Source of the DNA: Narcine bancroftii
Lineage: Eukaryota
Direction of reading: 5' to 3'
Length of the DNA stretch: 64,000 nucleotides
Assembly: GCF_036971445.1 (NCBI RefSeq)
Contig: NC_091476.1
Location: 75,640,001 to 75,704,000, forward strand
Shown one piece after another: positions 61,701 to 64,000 of this stretch. Both the position numbers and the translations under genes were made by a program. The notes beneath the pieces were generated by a model. The model did not search any database, was not told the DNA's origin, and was given only the letters and a program-made list of their open reading frames with translations. Numbering within the stretch: position 1 is the first letter of the stretch; each line of letters opens with the position of its first letter.

Positions 61701-62503
61701 GTGGTGATGGGGGGGTGTTGTCGACTGCATCCGGTGCTCTCACTGTGACCTTCCCTACATCGGGGCACAGACTGGGAGATCGCTGAGCGCCTTCGCTCTG
61801 TCCTGCATCAGTGGTCAATCCCGTGCCCCACTCCTGCACCGACCTCAGTCCATGGCCTTGTGCACCATCAAACCCAGACCATCCGTAAATCAGAGGAGCA
61901 TCACCTGATATTCTGCCAGCCTGCTACTCCTTCCCTATCCCTGTCTTCCTTCCCCTTCCCTGTCTCCCTTTCCCATCCCTGTCTCCCTTCCCCATCCCTG
62001 TCTCCCTTTCCCATCCCTGTCTCCCTTCCCTCCAGCTCTCCACCCCCTTCCCTGTTCGCAGAGCCGTCCCCTTCTCCTTGTTTGCTGTTCTGCCCTCCCT
62101 CCCTCATCCTCCTGCCTGTAGGACCGTGCTCTTCCTCCTCTCCCTCTCCCCCGCCATTTTGTCCAGGCACTTGCCGACATTTTGCTCACCCCCTAGTTGA
62201 AGGGCTCAGGGTCTGAACCGCTGGTGATGCATTTTTTTTTCCTCTACAGAGGACTCTGTTTGACCCGCTGAGTTTCTCCAGCGTCATGTTTTTAATGACC
62301 TCAGCCCCTCACCTGTTGCCAGGACCCTCCTCAAGTGGAGGAAACTGAGGGTCAGCCTCAGGACGGAGGCCTTGTCCAGGTACGCGGACACTGTGCGAGG
62401 CAGTGGCAGCTCTTGGGCCAGCAGGTCAAACATCGCGCTCTCCATGTCCCTTCGGCACCTCGCAGCCTCTCGGGATTTCTCTCTCCGCGTCTCTGAGGTG
62501 TCC
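34559..62503 (-). CDS. HIF4A: Hypoxia-inducible factor alpha-subunit gene, probably HIF4A/HIF1A-like 2 (HIF3A not excluded); 13 coding exons, ~587 aa, exon 1 not located
   Basis: Exons join in frame with phases matching HIF1A; exon sizes 191, 146, 85 and 107 nt equal those recalled for HIF1A exons 2, 3, 4 and 7; bHLH-PAS-PAS-CODD-CTAD architecture. Confidence 0.88.
34760..35965. mobile_element. Minus-strand CR1 (~34840-35690) nested in a plus-strand CR1
   Basis: 243-aa CR1 ORF2 C-terminus at 34940-35671; flanks gtaggtcagcttttt / ccactaagggtgggtgag rejoin as one CR1. Confidence 0.85.
36010..36124 (-). CDS. HIF-alpha exon (HIF1A exon 14 equivalent)
   Basis: [19 protein letters not shown]...WR; KRLK like WKRVK; tttcag and gtgaga sites; phase 0 to 1. 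Confidence 0.75.
36132..36916. repeat. 52-bp minisatellite, ~15 copies
   Basis: cagacacagagtgaagttccctccgcaccgtcccatcacacactcccagggc with 52-nt period. Confidence 0.95.
36956..37043 (-). CDS. HIF-alpha exon with NLS-like LKRKHR (exon 13 equivalent)
   Basis: ttctcccttcag acceptor, gtgagt donor, phase 2 to 0. Confidence 0.75.
37147..37286 (-). CDS. HIF-alpha C-ODD exon
   Basis: [18 protein letters not shown] versus HIF1A DLDLEMLAPYIPMDDDFQ. Confidence 0.9.
37716..43623 (-). mobile_element. Full-length L1-clade LINE copy A (~5.9 kb), ORFs disrupted
   Basis: 16-bp TSD CTGGTGTTGGGATGTT (37700-37715 / 43624-43639), short poly(A); ORF1 ERAHR and RYPAVL; ORF2 APE (NINGI, QETH, GGDFN, SDHSP), RT (QGCPLSP, FVDD), C-terminal zinc knuckle. 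Confidence 0.95.
43624..44021 (+). mobile_element. CR1 3' fragment hosting both L1 insertions (continues at 49693-49820)
   Basis: [16 protein letters not shown]...[11 protein letters not shown]; resumes after copy B. Confidence 0.88.
44022..49692 (+). mobile_element. Full-length L1-clade LINE copy B (~5.7 kb), ORFs disrupted
   Basis: 14-bp TSD AAGAAGAATTTGGA (44008-44021 / 49693-49706), AATAAA plus poly(A); same family as copy A; 530-aa ORF2 piece at 45788-47380, FADD. Confidence 0.95.
49926..50071 (-). CDS. HIF-alpha exon 10 equivalent
   Basis: tttgtttcccag acceptor, gtaggt donor, open frame MSCPEPHPY...LRPE, phase 1 to 0. Confidence 0.65.
50795..51190 (-). mobile_element. CR1 3' fragment
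   Basis: [10 protein letters not shown]...TRGHGLRV. Confidence 0.8.
51339..51526 (-). CDS. HIF-alpha exon 9 equivalent (no LxxLAP)
   Basis: [15 protein letters not shown] like HIF1A SGIIQHDLIFSLQQT; phase 2 to 1. Confidence 0.8.
51785..53350. mobile_element. Rex/Babar-like LINE fragments (minus 51785-52830, plus 52865-53350)
   Basis: [42 protein letters not shown]. Confidence 0.8.
54121..54256 (-). CDS. HIF-alpha PAS-B/PAC exon 8
   Basis: [30 protein letters not shown]...IVCANHILS. Confidence 0.92.
54625..55140. repeat. ~35-bp minisatellite (ccagatgtgcccagcccctctcc)
   Basis: About 14 degenerate units. Confidence 0.8.
55173..55279 (-). CDS. HIF-alpha PAS-B exon 7 (107 nt)
   Basis: [35 protein letters not shown]; gtaagt donor. 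Confidence 0.92.
55969..56132 (-). CDS. HIF-alpha exon 6
   Basis: VVRCQGQMR...CLLLLCE...[17 protein letters not shown] like VLHCTGH...CLVLICE...TFLSRHSLDM. Confidence 0.9.
56180..56800. repeat. C-rich tandem repeat (ctgctactgccc...)
   Basis: Higher-order ~40/80-bp units. Confidence 0.75.
57160..57260 (-). CDS. HIF-alpha PAS-A exon 5
   Basis: [26 protein letters not shown] like [26 protein letters not shown]. Confidence 0.93.
58107..58191 (-). CDS. HIF-alpha PAS-A exon 4 (85 nt)
   Basis: [24 protein letters not shown]. Confidence 0.94.
58630..59660. repeat. ~25-bp CT-rich satellite with assembly gap (59108-59425)
   Basis: (ctctctctccccctcccctcccacc)n flanking an N run. Confidence 0.9.
60050..60735. 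repeat. ~38-bp minisatellite, same family as 11990-12380
   Basis: ggttacagagacagggaggggtgtaggggaccggag units with an internal higher-order duplication. Confidence 0.9.
60947..61092 (-). CDS. HIF-alpha PAS-A exon 3 (146 nt)
   Basis: [33 protein letters not shown]. Confidence 0.93.
61630..62290 (+). mobile_element. Penelope-like element 3' remnant
   Basis: [10 protein letters not shown] (GIY-YIG C-terminal-like) and gaagggctcagg...ccgctgagtttctccagc tail; similar tails at ~6495-6600, 7070-7340, 58290-58560, 59760-59970. Confidence 0.55.
62313..62503 (-). CDS. HIF-alpha bHLH exon 2 (191 nt)
   Basis: [13 protein letters not shown]...LAQELPLP...[14 protein letters not shown]; ctgcag acceptor and gtgagg donor. 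Confidence 0.96.
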
Positions 62504-62944
62504 CTGCAGTGAGCCAGCACATGAACACAGAGGAGATTGATGAGGGTGGGCACGGTGGGGGGGAGGGGGTGATAGATGTGGTGTAAATGCATTTTAGTGA
62601 AGCAGTTGACACGGTCCCCCCTGGGAGACTCATCCAGAACGTTTTGAGGCGTGGGATCTTTGCCATGTCTGTTCAGAATTGTCTTGTCCGTGGACAGGAA
62701 GGATCCTGCCTGGAGGTCGGGGACCGGTGGAGGGGTCGCAGGGATCTGTTCTGGGATCTTCCCCCCCCCCCCCCCCCGGCTCTTTGTAATTTTTGGATGA
62801 AGAGGTGGAAGGATGGTGCAGGGAATCTGCGGATGACACGAAGGTTGGAGGGGTTGTGGATGCAGCTGAAGGTTGTCGAAGGTTACAATGGGACGCAGAG
62901 TTGGGCGGAAAAGTGGCAGCTGGAGTTTAATCCGGATCTGTGTG

Positions 62945-63080
62945 TGTAGTGAACCGGGATTCACTGGAAGTGCCCTGTAATAACCCTGGATTCCTGTCTA
63001 AACCCTGAACCCCTCTGAAGCCTGTTCATGAACCCTACGTGTGTTGTAAGCTAATAAATGCATTAGTTATCTATGCTACA
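62945..63080 (+). mobile_element. Solo LTR, 136 bp
   Basis: TGTAG...CTACA termini, 5-bp TSD GTGTG (62940-62944 / 63081-63085), internal AATAAA. Confidence 0.75.
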
Positions 63081-63530
63081 GTGTGAGGTGACGCATCTTG
63101 GAAGGACAAACCAGGAGGTTGGGTACAGGGTTAATGGTCAGTTACTTAAGAGTGTTGGGGAACAGAGGGACCTTGGGGTCCAAATCCATACATCTCTCAA
63201 GGTCACCGCACAGGTTGATAGGATAGTAAAGAAGGTTTATGGGACGCTGGACTTCATTAGTCAGGGTATTGAGTTCAAGAGTTGTGAGATCATGTTGCAA
63301 CTCTCTAAGTCTCTGGTGAGACCCCACTTGGAGTATTGTGTTTAGTTCTGGTCACCTCATTACAGGACAGATGTGGAAGCTGTGGAGAGGGGGCAGATTT
63401 ACAAGAATGTGGCCTGGATTGGAAAACATGAAAGAATATGATGAAATAAAAATCTATGGTTACGAAGTAGGGAGTGTTTCGTATTTTGTTAGGTATATAT
63501 GGGTCAGGACAATGTTGTGGGCTGAAGGGC

Positions 63531-63770
63531 TGTGATAGTACAGATCTATCACCATTGTATATAGTGTATATAGTTACAGTATCTAGACTGTGCTTACAGC
63601 GATTGGCTGAGAGCTAAGCCACGTCTACTGTCTGGGCCTTAAAGGGTTGTGTCCTTAGCCAGGTCGGATCATTCCGGACTGGTCGGCCACCTGTAAAGAG
63701 CTCCTGTCTTTTGCTAATAAAAGCCTTGGTTTGGATCAACAAGTCTTTGATTCTTTCGACGAGCTCTACA
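63531..63770 (+). mobile_element. Solo LTR, 240 bp
   Basis: TGT...ACA termini, 5-bp TSD AGGGC (63526-63530 / 63771-63775), ATTGG box and AATAAA. Confidence 0.85.
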
Positions 63771-64000
63771 AGGGCCTGTATATACTGTGACGTTCGATGT
63801 TCAGCTTGGTCTCCATCAGGATCATGCCATCACTGCTGGTCAACGAACTCCAAACTCCAAACCCTGGGCCTTGTCACCCCCCTCTGCAACTGGATCCTTG
63901 ATTCCTCATCGGAGACCACAGTTAGTACGGATCGGAAACAACGTCTCCTCCTCATGGGTGCACCCCAAGGATATGTGCCTAGCCCACTGCTCTACTCACT

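Larger units (their letters stand above)
62585..63790 (+). mobile_element. Decayed CR1 interrupted by two solo LTRs
   Basis: [12 protein letters not shown] / CEVTHLG, LVRPHLEYCV. Confidence 0.75.

Overview
GC-rich, repeat-dense vertebrate genomic DNA; the CR1, Rex/Babar, Penelope and tRNA-SINE repeat mix suggests a cartilaginous fish (inference). Host genes reconstructed by eye from splice sites: (1) a divergent HIF-alpha gene on the minus strand, with 13 coding exons from 62503 down to 34559 (bHLH, PAS-A, PAS-B, C-ODD LDTLAP, C-TAD DCEINAP, but no N-ODD LxxLAP) and exon 1 not located; (2) UQCC3 (+, 26067-28177); (3) an LBH-domain gene (LBHD1-like, -) head-to-head with UQCC3; (4) a candidate orphan three-exon gene (+, 30831-33089) for a ~513-aa single-pass membrane protein. 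The LBHD1/UQCC3 neighbourhood suggests the HIF gene is the fourth ohnologue, HIF4A. Mobile DNA includes a class I endogenous retrovirus (18096-24974) with two apparently identical 478-bp LTRs, a 4-bp TSD, a tRNA-Pro PBS, a readthrough pseudoknot, disabled gag/pol and an env collapsed to a signal-peptide+TM mini-env. Two full-length L1-clade LINEs sit head-to-head in one CR1 copy inside a HIF intron. There are also two short solo LTRs, a Tc1 relic, many LINE/SINE fragments, minisatellites and two assembly gaps. Family calls come from recalled motifs, not database searches.
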